Assembly: GCF_048593235.1 (NCBI RefSeq)
Contig: NC_133620.1
Location: forward strand, 291,167,765-291,231,764
Source of the DNA: Sminthopsis crassicaudata
Lineage: Eukaryota
DNA: 64,000 bases
Direction of reading: 5' to 3'
Shown piece after piece: positions 49,472 through 62,696 of this stretch (positions within the stretch are counted from its first letter, which is position 1; each line of letters begins with the position of its first letter). The notes under the pieces are model-generated. The model saw only the letters and a program-made list of their open reading frames with translations, had not been told where the DNA came from and searched no databases. The position numbers and the translations under genes are program-made.

Positions 49472-52361
49472 ATGGCATTTCAGACAAACACAGGAGCCTG
49501 GGTGCTGATTCTTAGCATAGGGGGTAAGGGACTTGCCCAGATAAGCCCCAACCCCCTTGAGTATTCCTTCTCTTCCCTATTCAACTGCAATTCCCCCACC
49601 ATTCCTACTCCTCTTCTACCTCCCATACCTATCCCTTATGTTCTTCTCTAGCTATTTCCTTGCCTGATGCTACTTCAAATAGGGGACTCCAACCCTGTGC
49701 TGGCTCTGTCACATATTCTGGCCTTCCCCATCCCTACCCCAAAAATCTATCATGCTTTCTCCTTGAGGGCAGTGGTTGGCAGTCAGAACATCTCAGCCAG
49801 GATCGGGGAGCCCTTGGTGCTGACCTGTAAGGGGGCTCCTAGGAAACCACCCCAGCAACTTGAATGGAAACTGGTAAGTTAGGAGTTATCTCTTAAGCCT
49901 TCTTGCTTTCTAATTCACATGAACTTTTTCCCCTGTTCAATTGTCATCCTTTGCTTCCTAAACTCTTCCCAGAACACAGGCCGGACTGAAGCCTGGAAAA
50001 TCCTCTCTCCTGGAGAGAGCCCTTGGGAGAGTGTGGCTCGAGTTCTCCCCAATGGCTCCCTTCTCCTGCCAGCTGTTGGGATCCAGGATGAAGGAACATT
50101 CAGGTGCAAGGCAACCAATCGCCATGGGAAGGAGTTCAAGTCCAACTATCGACTTCGTGTCTACCGTAAGGGCAAAAAGAGCTTCTCTTTGGCAATCTTC
50201 AGCATCTTCAAATCTGGGGCTTCTTCCCCCCACACCCACATCCTCCTCTACCTGGATTAAAAAAAAAAATCCTTTGAGGACCTCTGATTTCATTTTTCCC
50301 TCTAGAGATTCCAAGGAAGCCAAAAATAGTGGGCTCTGCCTCTGAACTCATTGCTGGGATCCCCAACAAGGTAGAATTGGAAAAAAAAAAAAAAAGGCGG
50401 GGGGGGAATGGTGCATGAGGGGTGGAAAAGGCATTCCAAAGGGCAAAAATGGAGGGTGATGAGGTCATTCTGGTATACCAGGTAGGAACATGCCTATCAG
50501 AAGGGGGATACCCAGCAGGGACTCTTAGCTGGCATCTAGATGGAAAAGCCCTGGTGCCTGATGGGAAAGGTGAGTGTTTCCTTAAAGAAAACTTTCTTTA
50601 CAAAGTTTATTTCCTCTCTGTGATCTTTCAAATCTTAAAAACTTTCTTCTTGCCATAGCCTTTTCCCCCTCTATATCCAGTCCTCTACTTTTTGGGACAT
50701 GAATCTTTTTCCCCACCAGGAGTATCTGTGAGGGAGGAGACCAGAAGACACCCTGACACAGGACTTTTCACAATACAATCAGAGCTGACAATGACCCCAG
50801 TTCCAGGAGGCCCTCTGAATCCCACCTTCTCTTGCAGCCTTAGCTTCAGTCCCAGTGTTCCTGGACAACAGGCCCTCCACACAGCTCCTATTCAACCCAG
50901 TGTCTGGGGTGAGAGTTGAGTGGAAGAGAATTAGAAGAGGCTTATATATAAAAGGGGGGGTGGTATGTATTTCAAATGAGGAAGCAGTATGCAGTAGAGG
51001 AATTAACCACCATTGCCATTCCCAGAGCCAGTATCTTTGGAGGAAGTTCGACTAGTAGTAGATCCAGAGGGTGGAGCAGTGGCCCCTGGAGGGGCAGTAA
51101 CCCTGACCTGTGAGGTCCCTGCTCAGCACTCACCACAAATTCATTGGCTCAAAGATGTGAGTGACTCAGTTCCTTAATGGTACAGTGAGTTTAATGAAAA
51201 GGAGAGCCATGTGAAACACTGGGAGGTGAATGATTTGGGTTGGAGAAGGGGGAAGGAAGAAGAAGTTACAGAAATACTAAGTTGGGGGAGAAGGAAATTT
51301 GGAAGATAAATGGGACAATACCGTAGAAGGGGATCCCTGATAATCATCTAGTATCTCTCCTCCCCCATCCTTTCCCAGGGTTCTCCTTTGCCTATTGCAC
51401 CAAGCTCTGTGCTGTTCCTTCCTGAGATCACAGTCCAAGACCAAGGAATATACAGTTGTGTTGCCACTGACCAAAGTCATAGGTCACGAGAAAGTCCTGG
51501 TGTTAGCATCAGCATCATTGGTGAGAAAAGTCCTCCTGTCCAATTTTCCAATCCCAGACCAGACTGAGGCATGAGTCACAGAGGCCAAACTTCAGGTCTC
51601 AATCCTCCATCCCTTGCCAGCTCCCACTTACCATACTGCCCCCCCCAAGAAGGCTATTCCTTCCAGGCTCCTGTCCAGGCTCCTCTGCCCAACAGAGGAA
51701 GCCCAACAAGCCTCCTCCATTGCCAGAAAAAAAACAACTTTAGCTGCAAGGGTGTTCTGTGAGGAATGGGAAGTAGGGGGGGAGGGGAGGGGGAGAATAA
51801 AGGAGTTCATCTTCCTTGGGAATCCGAGCGATGGAGAGAAAAACAGGTCCTAAGTACAGTAGGGATACTTCCCTGCCTCCTTCCCCACATTCTAGCTCTA
51901 ACCCCCTTGACTAAGATCTATTTTGACTTTCAGATTCTAGAGAAAATGACCAAGTAGAAGGTAAGAATCATAGATATGTGGATGGCTGGTGAGACAAACT
52001 GGAAGTAACACTAAAATTGTTCTTTCTCCAATCATGTTTTGTCATCTCCCCACAGGCTCTGAGGGAGGCCCAGGATTAGGCTTACTGGCCCTCATTCTAG
52101 TAGTTTTGGGTGGCCTGGTCACAGCTGCCCTGCTGGGGGGATTCCTTTTGTGGAAAAAAAAGCGGCTCTTCCACAAAGAAGAGAGGTAAGTGAAGAGAAT
52201 GGAAAGTCTAGGGCCAGAGATCAGAAGCCAACATCTAGGGCTCCCTCCCTTTTTCCTTCTGTAGGAAGGTTCCTGAGTGCCCAGAGGAAGAGGAAGAACG
52301 GGCAGAACTAAATCAACCTGAAAAAGAAGAAACAGCTGAGAACAGTGAAGGGGAACCCTGA
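49472..52361 (+). CDS. AGER: receptor for advanced glycation end-products (RAGE), 404 aa
   Basis: Exons 49472-49523, 49773-49873, 49973-50165, 50306-50370, 50482-50569, 50720-50908, 51026-51156, 51379-51520, 51934-51960, 52056-52185, 52265-52361; 1215 nt. V-C1-C2 Ig domains (QNISARIGEPLVLTCKGAP, WKLNTGRTEAWK, LPNGSL), TM and acidic tail. ATTAAA at 52545. Confidence 0.97.
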
Positions 52362-53157
52362 GCAATCCTTGGCTATCCATCTAATTCCATCCATCTTTTT
52401 CCCACTCCCTACCCTAATGCTATTTCTCCTGACCTCAATATCCCTTCCCCATTTTCACTACTTCTCCTGAAAAGTCAGTCTTTCTCACATCAACTGAGAG
52501 CTGAACCTGTTCCCTGCTTGTGCACACTCATCCAAACAATGATTATTAAATATCTGATAATCCTACACTTTGTGTGTGTCTCACTTCTTCACTGCCCTAA
52601 AAACCTCAAAGGAAAAGTATCAAATAAGAAAGATCTTGAGGGGCAAGGAGCAGGGGAATGGGGTGGAGAGAATGGAGTAGGGTTGGGAAGTTCCCACAGA
52701 CATATTTTCAATTTTTTTTTTATTGAATTCCTTACAAATTATGGAGTGAGGATGGGGATGAAGGTAGGGAGACAGAACCCATCCTAGGCATAGAGGGGGA
52801 AATTAAATTAAATCAAAAATTGGGAGAATAAAGAACACTTCCTCTTCATCCCAAATAAGAGAACTTGGGAAGAAGTAGAGAAGAAAGTAGACAGTCCCCT
52901 TACCCATTTCTCACTCCCTCACCCCTCAAGTTGGGAGTAAAGTTGCATCTGAACTTAGCAACTAGAGAGGAAAGGGTTCTCTGGCTCTCCCACTCAGTAC
53001 TCAGTTGATTCCCTCTCCCTCACTTAAGAGGGATGGGATTGGGGGGGAGGCTGTGTCTGTCCTCAGCCAGCAGAGAGCAGATACCTAAAAAAAAGTTTTG
53101 GGGCCCCCCAATACTGATTCTCCTTCTAGTTGGGGGAGGCCCCTAAGACGGGGCAGC

Positions 53158-56100
53158 TCAGACACTGAGCAGCCAAAAAAAGAAGAATATGGCAAGGAGG
53201 AGGAAGAGGGAGTCCTGCCAGCCGGAGCCTGGACGGCCGGGTCCCAGGTCCATACCTATAAGAGAAATCAAAGAGTTGCAGAAAAGAGTCCCTTGCCCCA
53301 AGGAATGAGCTAGAAGACTCTCATCCTGAGGAAAAAGGGAGAAGGCTCTTACCTGGGCCCCGGTAGAAAGGCTCATGGGCATTGAAGACAGTTGTGAAAA
53401 AACCAAAGGGAAAGGCACCCACACCAAAAGAAAGGTGGAAGCCTCCAGCATCTCCATACGAATGGAATCCCTGTTGAGATGAAAAAATGGTAGATATAAG
53501 ATAAGTGATGAAAGAGGAATTTTGGGGATACAAAGTCATGATGGGAAAAAACAAGTCTCACCCCTCTGCTTTCAGGGGCAGGCCTCTGGCCCTGTGGACG
53601 TGGCGGTGTTTTCAATCTGTTGAAGATAAAGATTACATGAGGAAGCCATCACCTGCTTTTTCTCAAGACTTAAAAAGTTATCCCCAGAGCCTGATTCTAC
53701 CCTCATATTCTCCTTCTCACCTAGGGTCCTGTTGTTTCTGGCTTCCTCTCCCATACAGTGGGACAACTTTCTCCCGGCTTATTCCAGCCTTACACACAGG
53801 GCATTCTTGTCTTTCAGGTCGAGTCTCCAGCCACTGAGGAAAGAAGTGTGGTATACAGTAAATAGGTTGGGTCTCCCACTCCCCAGGCCTCTCCATTTCT
53901 CAGCACCCATCTCCCACTTCCCTTTCCTCTCCATCCACGCCACTACTCACCTGGTGGAGACAAGGCCAGCTTGGTGGGAGGAGAGATCAGAGGTCAGAAC
54001 AGCTGCAGATAGAAGATACACAGAGGTCCCAGGCCCCAACTGCCTCCCAGCCCCATTCCCCTCACCATTCATTAGTATTCCTTCAATCTTTTTCAACCTG
54101 TCGTCACATCAAAATGAATTCATATTATCCCAAATGCCCTAAGTCTCCCCTACAAATACAATCCTTTGTGTCACTTCCTTAACACCAACCCTTCACAATC
54201 TGAATTATACTTTAATCACTTCATATCAAACTGATCTCTTAAAGTTATATTAAAAAAAAATGCAATAGCCTCAGTTACACTGAATAATCCCTCCTTCAAG
54301 ATACCTATCTCCTCCCTTGACTTCAGATGCGCCGCATTCCCCTTAGTTTTCCTCCATCTCTAACGATGCCTTGAATCCTTGGCTGACTCCTCTTCTCAAC
54401 CCTTCAAGGCAAGTTCTTAACCCTCTTCTATCTCCTTTAGTACAATCTCTTACCTCCAGCCATGACAGCTACATAAATGGTTCTGCACCTGGCTATCAGA
54501 CCAAATTTTCCAGTTCAACAATTTAGTAAATCTAAGTTCATTTATATAGCAGAATGTTTATTATATTCTGAGTCAATGGAATCAAGTTTGAATCTGTGCT
54601 GGCCTGTTTTCTGTTTAACCCTGGGCAAGACATTTGACTTAGCTGAATCTGTTTCCTTATTAAGAAAATGAGACTAAACTAAATGATTTCCAAGGTTCCT
54701 TTCAGGTGTAAATCCTAAGATTCTATCATTCCCTCCAAACCTGTTCTCCCTTTTGACTTCATTATTTCTGCCAATGGCAATAAACATCATTCTTACAGAC
54801 TCCCATATTCAAAACCAGTATTACTTTTTACACTTTCCCCTTTTTTAACTTCTTACATCCAATCAGTTGGCCAGTCCTATTAACTTTCACCTCTACCTTT
54901 CTTTCATCAATGTTCTTTCTACTACCACCATCAGTAAAGATTTCCCTCCCAAATACTTTCATTTCTTCTCAGACTACTGCCAGGCCAATTTTCTTTAAAT
55001 ACTGGTCAAGTCACTTTGATCACAATTCCCTAAAACCTCTGCGTGGAATTCACGCATCTCTGCAGCTGGAAACAACTTACCTTTCCAATTTAATTTCATA
55101 GTATTCCCCCCTGTGTACTCTACTTTCCAAATTAGATTACTAGCTATCACAACTCCAGGTAGCTGACCTCCTCCGAGTCCAACTCTGAGAAGGACTGCTT
55201 TTTTTAAAACCCAACACCGCTCCTCCCTTTCTGACACCCTCCAGCCATAACACATTCACATTTGACCTCTCACGCACTTTTCATACACTATTTTGTCCAT
55301 CCATCCATGTTATTTATACTCGTGGTACACCCCCCTGGAGGCTCCATGAAGTCAGGTACCACACCTGATCTAAACTTTTGTATCTGTTGCTCAGCACACT
55401 GGGCAGTTAATAACTATTTATTTAAGTACTATAAGTTGGACGTGCATCCTGGGTGCACAGGGGAGTCACCTTTTCTACCCCCCGCCAGCATGTGTGTGTC
55501 TATGTCCCCTGGCGGTCCCCAGCACAGACACGGGATCCCAAGCTCTCATCAGGAGCACAAGTCCGTGTACGGTGTTTATCCAAAGCTGCCATTGGAACAA
55601 GTACCTGTGAGTGTTCCAAGAACCTGGGCAACGTGTGCGTGTGGGCGCCTCCTAAGGCTGCCAGACATACAGGCAGGATTGCAGTTAATAGGGTCCATCT
55701 CTTCAAATGTCTCACATAGACATCTCTCTCACACACGTCACCCACCAGCGTGAGGAGGGGGCGTGTGCATGTGTTCAAGGGATTCTTACCACTCTTACAC
55801 ACGGAGAGGTGGGGGTGTCTTGGGGAGAACACCCGGGGGACCTCTCACCAGTCGGTCTCCCCGAGCTCTCCCACCAGCACCGGGGACGCGGCCGTGGATG
55901 TGCTGCAGGCTTATGCCATTAACTAGAGGCGGGTTAAGCAGAGGTCTGTCCCTTAGGGCTCTCTGGGAATATGCATGAGCGTGCATATGTCCCAGAGTGT
56001 CTGTTATTAGGGAGGGGAGCTCAGGATAGTGTGTCCCAGAACTCCCTCTAGGAGAGCGAGCGAGAGAGGAGAGACACAGAGAGGAGAGAGACAGAGAGAG

Positions 56101-56388
56101 CCAGAGCCAGAGCCGGGGCGGGGGGGAGGGAGCGGGGCAGTGGGAGGGAGGCATATTCCAAGGCCCTCACTACTTTACTAGTAAAGGTCCATGTCCCGGG
56201 TTCTCATTGGTGTGGTGGGAGGAGTGGGGGGTGTCCCGGGGCTCTCACCAGTACAGGTGGCCGCACATACTGACCACCGCCTCCCGCGCTGTCTCCAGAC
56301 AGATGTTACACTCGAAGGCCGCACCTGCCCCTCCCCGGTCTCGGTTTGGCCCTTCGGAGCCCCCGTCCTCCTTTCTGGCCGCTGCCAT
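53158..56388 (-). CDS. RNF5: E3 ubiquitin ligase RNF5 (RING, C-terminal TM anchor, 180 aa)
   Basis: Exons 56249-56388, 53951-53969, 53721-53833, 53562-53616, 53353-53470, 53158-53255; 543 nt. C3HC4 RING CNIC...CGHLYCWPC...CPVC. AATAAA on the minus strand at 52719-52724. Confidence 0.98.
54130..55420. mobile_element. ancient L2 and MIR fragments in RNF5 intron 1
   Basis: Diverged L2-like (ACATCCAATCAGTTG...CTTTCACCTCT, TAAATGGTTCTGCACCT) and MIR-like (ACCCTGGGCAAGACATTTGAC, AAAATGAG...AAATGATTTCCAAGGTTCC) blocks. Confidence 0.55.
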
Positions 56389-56399
56389 GGCCCCTCAAC

Positions 56400-57420
56400 A
56401 GTTGCCCGCGCAACACAGGTCTTCCCCCACTAAACACATATACAAACCCAGAAGGTCCAAAAAGCCCACCCCCCTGCTCTTGCCCATTGGTCATCCGTCA
56501 AGGTCTTCGAGCCTCCATTGGTGATCCTGCCCACCAGTCACATCGCGTTCGGAAAGAAAGGATTGGTCGCCAGTCTGGGGAGGGAGAGGCACACATTGCC
56601 CCGCCCTTAAAGAGTGATTATTGGACGAAGCAGTCGACAGTCAAGATGCTTGCGTCATAGGATAAGCCGTAAAATGTTCCGGCGGACCCTATTGTCCGCT
56701 GCAAAGAAGAGTCTACTATATCAGCAGCACCACTCGTCCCCCACTGCTATGTGTCGTCTCCATCGGCTCCAGGACCCAGATTCTAGCTATTAATGATCCA
56801 GCCAATTCCCGCCCCCGTCCTTCCTCCAGTTCATTCACAATCCAGAGATCCTATTGGACTGTGAGCGCGTAAATTCCGAAGCAGACGGTTGGCTAGGAAA
56901 GGGTCGCAAACACGCAGTGAGAGACAGAGCGGGCCTATCCGGAGGAGGTTTTCCTTCCTTGGACCCACCCTTTCCTCTCCGTCTTTCCCGTTGCTATAAC
57001 GACTGGGTTGCAATTGGTCTCGGTTTGGCCACCACCCCGGCCTTAAATTCCTTCTCCGTTCGCCACTTCCAGCAAACCCTCAAATTTGATTGGCTACCTG
57101 TAGACCTCGCAGATTAGCCGGGATTGGAAGCAAAAAAAAAAAATCATGCTAGTCACCGGGTTCAAAATGGCTTCAGCCGTTTCGGTGACGTAAGAAACCG
57201 AATCTGAGTACGTCCGGCGCCTTTTACAATGATGTTGCCCGAGAATGGCAATTGGCCCCATCTCCTTGACGTCACAGATCCTCCATCGCTTGCTTTATAA
57301 AACTCTTCCGCCCCACCCCCATCCCTAAGAGCGCCCACGCACTCCATCCCCCTTAATCTTGGCCTACGCACGGAGCGGAACTCTCCAGATTCCTTTCTTC
57401 GATGACGCACAGAGCAGAAA
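56400..57420. promoter_or_regulatory. CpG-island bidirectional promoter RNF5 / AGPAT1
   Basis: CpG-rich. About 10 CCAAT/ATTGG boxes, a perfect CRE TGACGTCA at 57267-57274, YY1-like CAAAATGGC at 57163-57171, and GC boxes and ETS cores, between the divergent 5' ends. Confidence 0.8.
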
Positions 57421-59059
57421 CGATTTTAAATCTAATTCAGCTCGAGTGGTGCAGTGGAGAAAGAGTGCTGAGTTTGTAGTTAGAGTCCCGGGGGTCAGAG
57501 TCTGACTCGGCCTGATTCTTTGGGTGGCCTCCGCCACTGGCCTTCCGCCAGATCCTCATGTTTTCGGCGTCTTTGCACAGTGCAGCTGGACGGTCTCGTT
57601 TCCATCATGCTTCGGATGATCTCCGGGGTCCTTCCCAGTTCTGATACTCTAATGTTTCTGCCATGATCTGCAGAGCTAGAATTAGGACCGCCCCTTCCTC
57701 CCTGTGACACACCAAGCAGAACTGGGGTCTTCTTCCAGGGCAGGTGCCCCTGCTCTACCCGCTACCGCTCAGCGTGGCTCAAGTGCTTGGTGTAGGCAGC
57801 CAGGCCTAGGCAGTGAGTCTCCCTCCTGTGGGGCCCAGGCACAGCGACCTGGTAATAACCCGCCCTTTCACACACCCCTCCACCCGCCCCCGCCGGCCGC
57901 TCCCGCCCTGGCTGAGAGGCCGTGGGGAGACCCAGGTTAGCTGTGGGAGGAACGAGGAGAGGAGAGGAGAAGCCGTCTCCTTAGCATCAGTTTCTTTGGG
58001 CCTCTGTAAAAGGAGGACAGGTGGTCTCCAAGGTCTCCAGCTCCGACATTCTGTGTTCCATGGTTCTATGGGAGGGAGGAGACAAAGCAGACAGGGGCCC
58101 TCAGAGAGAAACCAAGTGGGGCAAGAGCCCAGAAGAACCCCAACATCTGGGGGAGTGGAGAGGAAAGGGAAAGCGAGAGGGCGGTCCCGAATTGATGGAG
58201 TTGGTTAGCTGAAGGTAGGGCTTTTATTGGAGAGAGAGAAAACAGGGCCTGGCCCAGCGAGGAAGAGAAGGGAAGAGGTGATGATGGAGTGTGTGGTGTT
58301 TTGTTTGGAACGAGATAGAGAGGGGAGAGAAAGGAACGAAGCCAGTAGTATCAAGGAGGGTCCGAGAAGTGAGGGGAGCAGCCTTAGAAACTGGGGGAGC
58401 GAGCTCGAGGGCTGAGTGTGCCCCATCTCACCCGCCCCCTCCCAGGAAGAGTGGACAGCCAAGCCCTGATTCAGGGTGGGAAAAATAGGCAATTCCATCT
58501 CTGAGGTGGGGGAGAGAGGCCCCAGAGGGCAGGTGCAGGGAGGGAGCCGGGGGGTTGGGGGCAGGAAGATCAGAAAGAGGGCAAGATGAAAAGGGGGGAG
58601 GGGCTGGTGTCCTGAGAGCGGTGAAGATACCGCGAGGACAGAGAGAAGAGGACAGCCACCGGCCGGCGGAAAGATTAGGAGAGACAAGAAAGATAAGGAT
58701 GGGAGAGGCTGAGATAGAGGAAAAGCAGCTGGAGAAAAAGGATGGTGAGAAGGAGATGCAGAGGAACGGAAGGAGGAGGAAAGCTGTTCTAACGGAGAGA
58801 GAGGAGAAGGCTGAGAACGGAGGAGGGATAAATGAGCAGGGAAAGATCGGGACCAGAGACAGGGGAAAAGGGGTTATGAAAGAGACAGCTGGAGGGAATA
58901 GCCAGAACCCTCAGCAGGAGGAGCTAGCGGAAAAAAGAAGAGGCAGGGAGGGCCAAAAGCTGGAGGGAGGGAATGCTTGGGTCCCTGTCCAGGCTATTGG
59001 CAAGATAGCCCGCCTGTCACCGCCCCCCACTTCCTGGCCAGCCCCGGAAACAGGCAGGC

Positions 59060-59353
59060 GTTGGGGGGGGGGGACAGCAGCAGCATCGGCAGCCCCAGCC
59101 CTCCGAGGGAGAGACAGCAGTAAGGGAGGGAGGGAGAGAGCCGGGGGAACACCCTCCCTCCCACCATTCTCACCACTATGGGTCCGGCCCCCCACTCCCA
59201 CAGCCCCTCCACCAGCCGGGGCTAGGATACCCCTAAACCCTGAGGGCCCCTTGGCACCGACTCCCCATCAGAGACAGAGACACAGCCGCCACCACCGCTG
59301 CCGCAGCCTGGCTGGGGAGGGGGCCAGCCCCCTAGGCCCCCTACCCCACTGAG
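59060..59353 (+). other. AGPAT1: AGPAT1 non-coding first exon (5'UTR)
   Basis: Resembles the mammalian AGPAT1 leader as I recall it (GGGGCTAGGA..CCC...GAGACAGAGACACAGCC...GCCGCAGCCTGGCTGGGGAGGGGGCCAGCCCC). Ends GAG|GT at 59353; start approximate. Confidence 0.75.
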
Positions 59354-62300
59354 GTGGGGGAGGGATGGAACTGGGGAGGGGGATGAGAGATGGGTCGGGG
59401 GAGGAGGGAGCTGGGAGGTCATGGAGGTGGAGAATGGGGTCTGGGGAAAGAGTGCAAGGCAGACTTGGGAGAGGAGTGGCTGAGAAAGATGGAGAGGATC
59501 CAGACAGAAAAGAAAAGGGATGGAGGAGGGCCTGGTGAGTGGAGGGTTGGCCTGATTATGGGATAGTGACGGGGTGGGAAGGAAGTGTGCTTGGTGAGGG
59601 GACTGTGGAATTCCCTGCACCCCTCCCCCCAGTTGCTCTTTCGGTCCCTTGTATCCCTTGGAAGGAGTGTAGATTATAAACTACATTCCTGACTCCTCCT
59701 CCAAGAGAATATTGGTTGCCAGGATCATACCAGGACACCCCTCTGTTTCCATGCACAGAACCTAAGGTCTCTACGTTCCTATGTGCATGTTAGGCCCTTT
59801 CTGACACACGTGTCTTGTTTCCTTTTCTCCACCCAGTGTGCATGCTTCAGATAGTGGCTGTGTAGCTAAATGTGCTCCCATATGATCCATGGTTGTGGCA
59901 GATGTGCTCATATTAGCTAGATGTTATATCCATCCCCCGTTAGGAAGGATGGCTAAAATGCTTTTGTTTTCTAAGTTCATACTTGTCCAATCACCTAGTG
60001 TAATATGACCTGTCCCTTGTGTCATATCCTTTTGGAGCATATTTAAATATCTTACACAAATATATATTCAAATTCAAATATATTCCTACCTTCTCAGATC
60101 TTTCCATTACATATTAGTTGTATGTTTATATTCATATGCTCTGCCCATGACTTTCACTACCCAGGTAGTTATCTTCACATAGTTTTTATATATACATGCA
60201 TATGTATATATGCACATACACCCACACACATTGTGCCCGTGGCATGTTTTGTTGCATTTCACAAGTTGTAGCTGTGATTATTGCCCTATTGAACAATCAG
60301 GTGTCTGAGTCCATGATTCAATTTATTTTTTAACATACATCTTTATGTTGTATTAACCTCTTTTGCTGCATTTAGTTTCTAAGGAAGTTCTAGCATTGCT
60401 TGAGCACGTATATCTTATGTTATATATCTTATGTTATATAGCATTTCTGGTCATATGATAACATCCATTTCACCATTTCTTTCCTGTACTGTTTTGTAAA
60501 CAATATGTTTATGTAACACAACTGGCAATCTTATATGGTTGGATATCCTTTGGATATTCTTAGATATGTGTTCCTGAAGAAATTGTGCACATAGCCCATG
60601 TGGACTTCACACACACAAAACCCATCTCATGTTCATGGGCCCTTGCATGTATTTGACTTGACCCACATTTCTGCATGACATGTTATCTATACTACTGCTA
60701 TAATTTATCAGTGTGTACTTATATGGATGTGTATGAGTATGTCACTCTCATCTGTCCACGTTTTTATTAATGTTGAACATTCATTCCACTGCTTTCATCA
60801 TTTGCATGTTTAATGAGTTAGCATGTTATTTTCACCCCAGACATTTTATTAGTATCTTTGTTTCTGTACTGCATTGAATGTTATCTCCATATGACTTACA
60901 TTTGTTATATTCATTCCTCCATTATGTTACCACCATTCTGCCTCTTCACATTATTGAATTTCCCCCTGTGCACTTTCCCATTCCCTCTTCAGTAGTTATG
61001 AAATCCTCATGATTTCTGTGTCCTTTATGAAAGCATGTTATACTTTTGGCATGTTGTGCATGTACTTAGAATACATCGTATTTCATGTTAGTGTCTATAG
61101 TCCTACAGTATTAAATACCTGGTGTTTTTGTTATCAACAGCGTGAGCATGTCTTCATTCTTGAATTCTTCACCTGGTACATATATGTATGTGTGTGTGTG
61201 TGTGGGTGTGTGTTCAGAGGATTGTTACACATGGAGGTTGATTTCTGTCATCACCATTTCTTCATTCCCAAGGCCTCCTTATTCTCTGTCTGGTTACCCC
61301 TTCCCCCCCATGAGGACCTTTATCCTCTCCATTTGTGCTCACCCGTTAAGTATCTATTATGTGTTTCCTACTGCAATTCTTGACTCAATTAAGCTAATAT
61401 ATATTGTGTGCTTAATGTCATCATCCTCAGGAAAGAGAAAGAGGCATAGGTGATGTACTATGAGTGTCTTTGTTTGTCCCTGTTCAGTTATGTCTTCTCT
61501 GCCAGGCCACTTGAAAATGTGTATGTGTTTGTCACATGTTTCTTCCTTGTGATGTTATCACACTTGGCCAATGGGATTGAGCTCTTTTACCTTTGACACT
61601 CAAGTCAGCCACTGCCTTCCCTTAATGGGGGGAGGAGAAGGAAGATGAATTGTGTCCACTTCTGAGGGAGACGTCACTGTCTTCTTTTTCCTCATGTCAT
61701 ATTGTCTTCTTTTTCTCCTGAGCCACTTCTTCCTCCTGAGGCAGGTAGTGTGATCTTCGACACATACGCACCCCACCTCTTCTTTCACAGTACTATGGAT
61801 TCTTTACAGTTCTGTGGGATTCTTAACTCATCACCTAAGTAATCCTCATCATGTTTCCTCTAATACCTGGAGAGGTTGTATATTGGGTGGGGGACAGAGG
61901 AAAAGAGGAACATAGCTCTCTGTTCCTGGTTCAATCTGTGTCTGTCTTTTGTCCTCAGATTTTTCTATGTATTTTTAGAGGGGAACTAGGGGAAAAGTTT
62001 GGGTGAAATTGGGATTCTCTGGGTGTGTTTAGCTCTCTCTGCCTCTGAGAGAGACAAGATGGCTGTGTAGTCACGAAGATTTGGATTCACATTCTGCCTC
62101 CAATACATACCCTGGATAAACTATGAATTGTATTGAAAGTGCTGATCTAGATTGGTTAAGGGGATTTCCTCACTTGGGAGTACTTACATTAAAGAAATCA
62201 TAGATCTAGTCCCTATCCCTATATATCTATATTTGTCTTTTTCCATATATATGTCCAAGTGTATTTATATATATGCATGTGTCTATCAGGCTGTTAATAG

Positions 62301-62696
62301 GTATGACTATCTTGCTTTCAATTCTGATGTGTGTTTTGTGTATGTCTTTTTTTTTTTTTTTAATACCTCTATGTGTATACATTTATGTGTTTTTGTTTAT
62401 ATATCTTGGAACCAGGAAGGATTTCTCAGTTCTTATGTCCCTACTATCTTTCTGAAGTGGATTGACTGGGTGGGAATTTGGGAATGGAAGGCCCTTGTCT
62501 CTACCATGACTTTACCCCTCATCCCTCCACCCCCCTTCAATCTGACCCCCTAAGTTCTTACTCTCCCACCTGTACTTTTGTCTTATTGTCTCTCTGCTCC
62601 GGTCCCTGTTGGCCACTCCCCCCAACATCTCCCTTCTAGTACTCCAGGCCCACTATCTATCTCCTCCCTCCCCACTGCTCCTTACAGGTGGCCAGC

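Noticed and set aside
55453-56154. Several 70-160 aa ORFs in RNF5 intron 1
   Set aside because: GC/RY-rich sequence with no homology or splice support.
58555-59352. 265-aa ORF rich in E/G/R/K
   Set aside because: Purine-rich promoter and 5'UTR sequence of AGPAT1 with low stop frequency; non-ATG start and no domain similarity.
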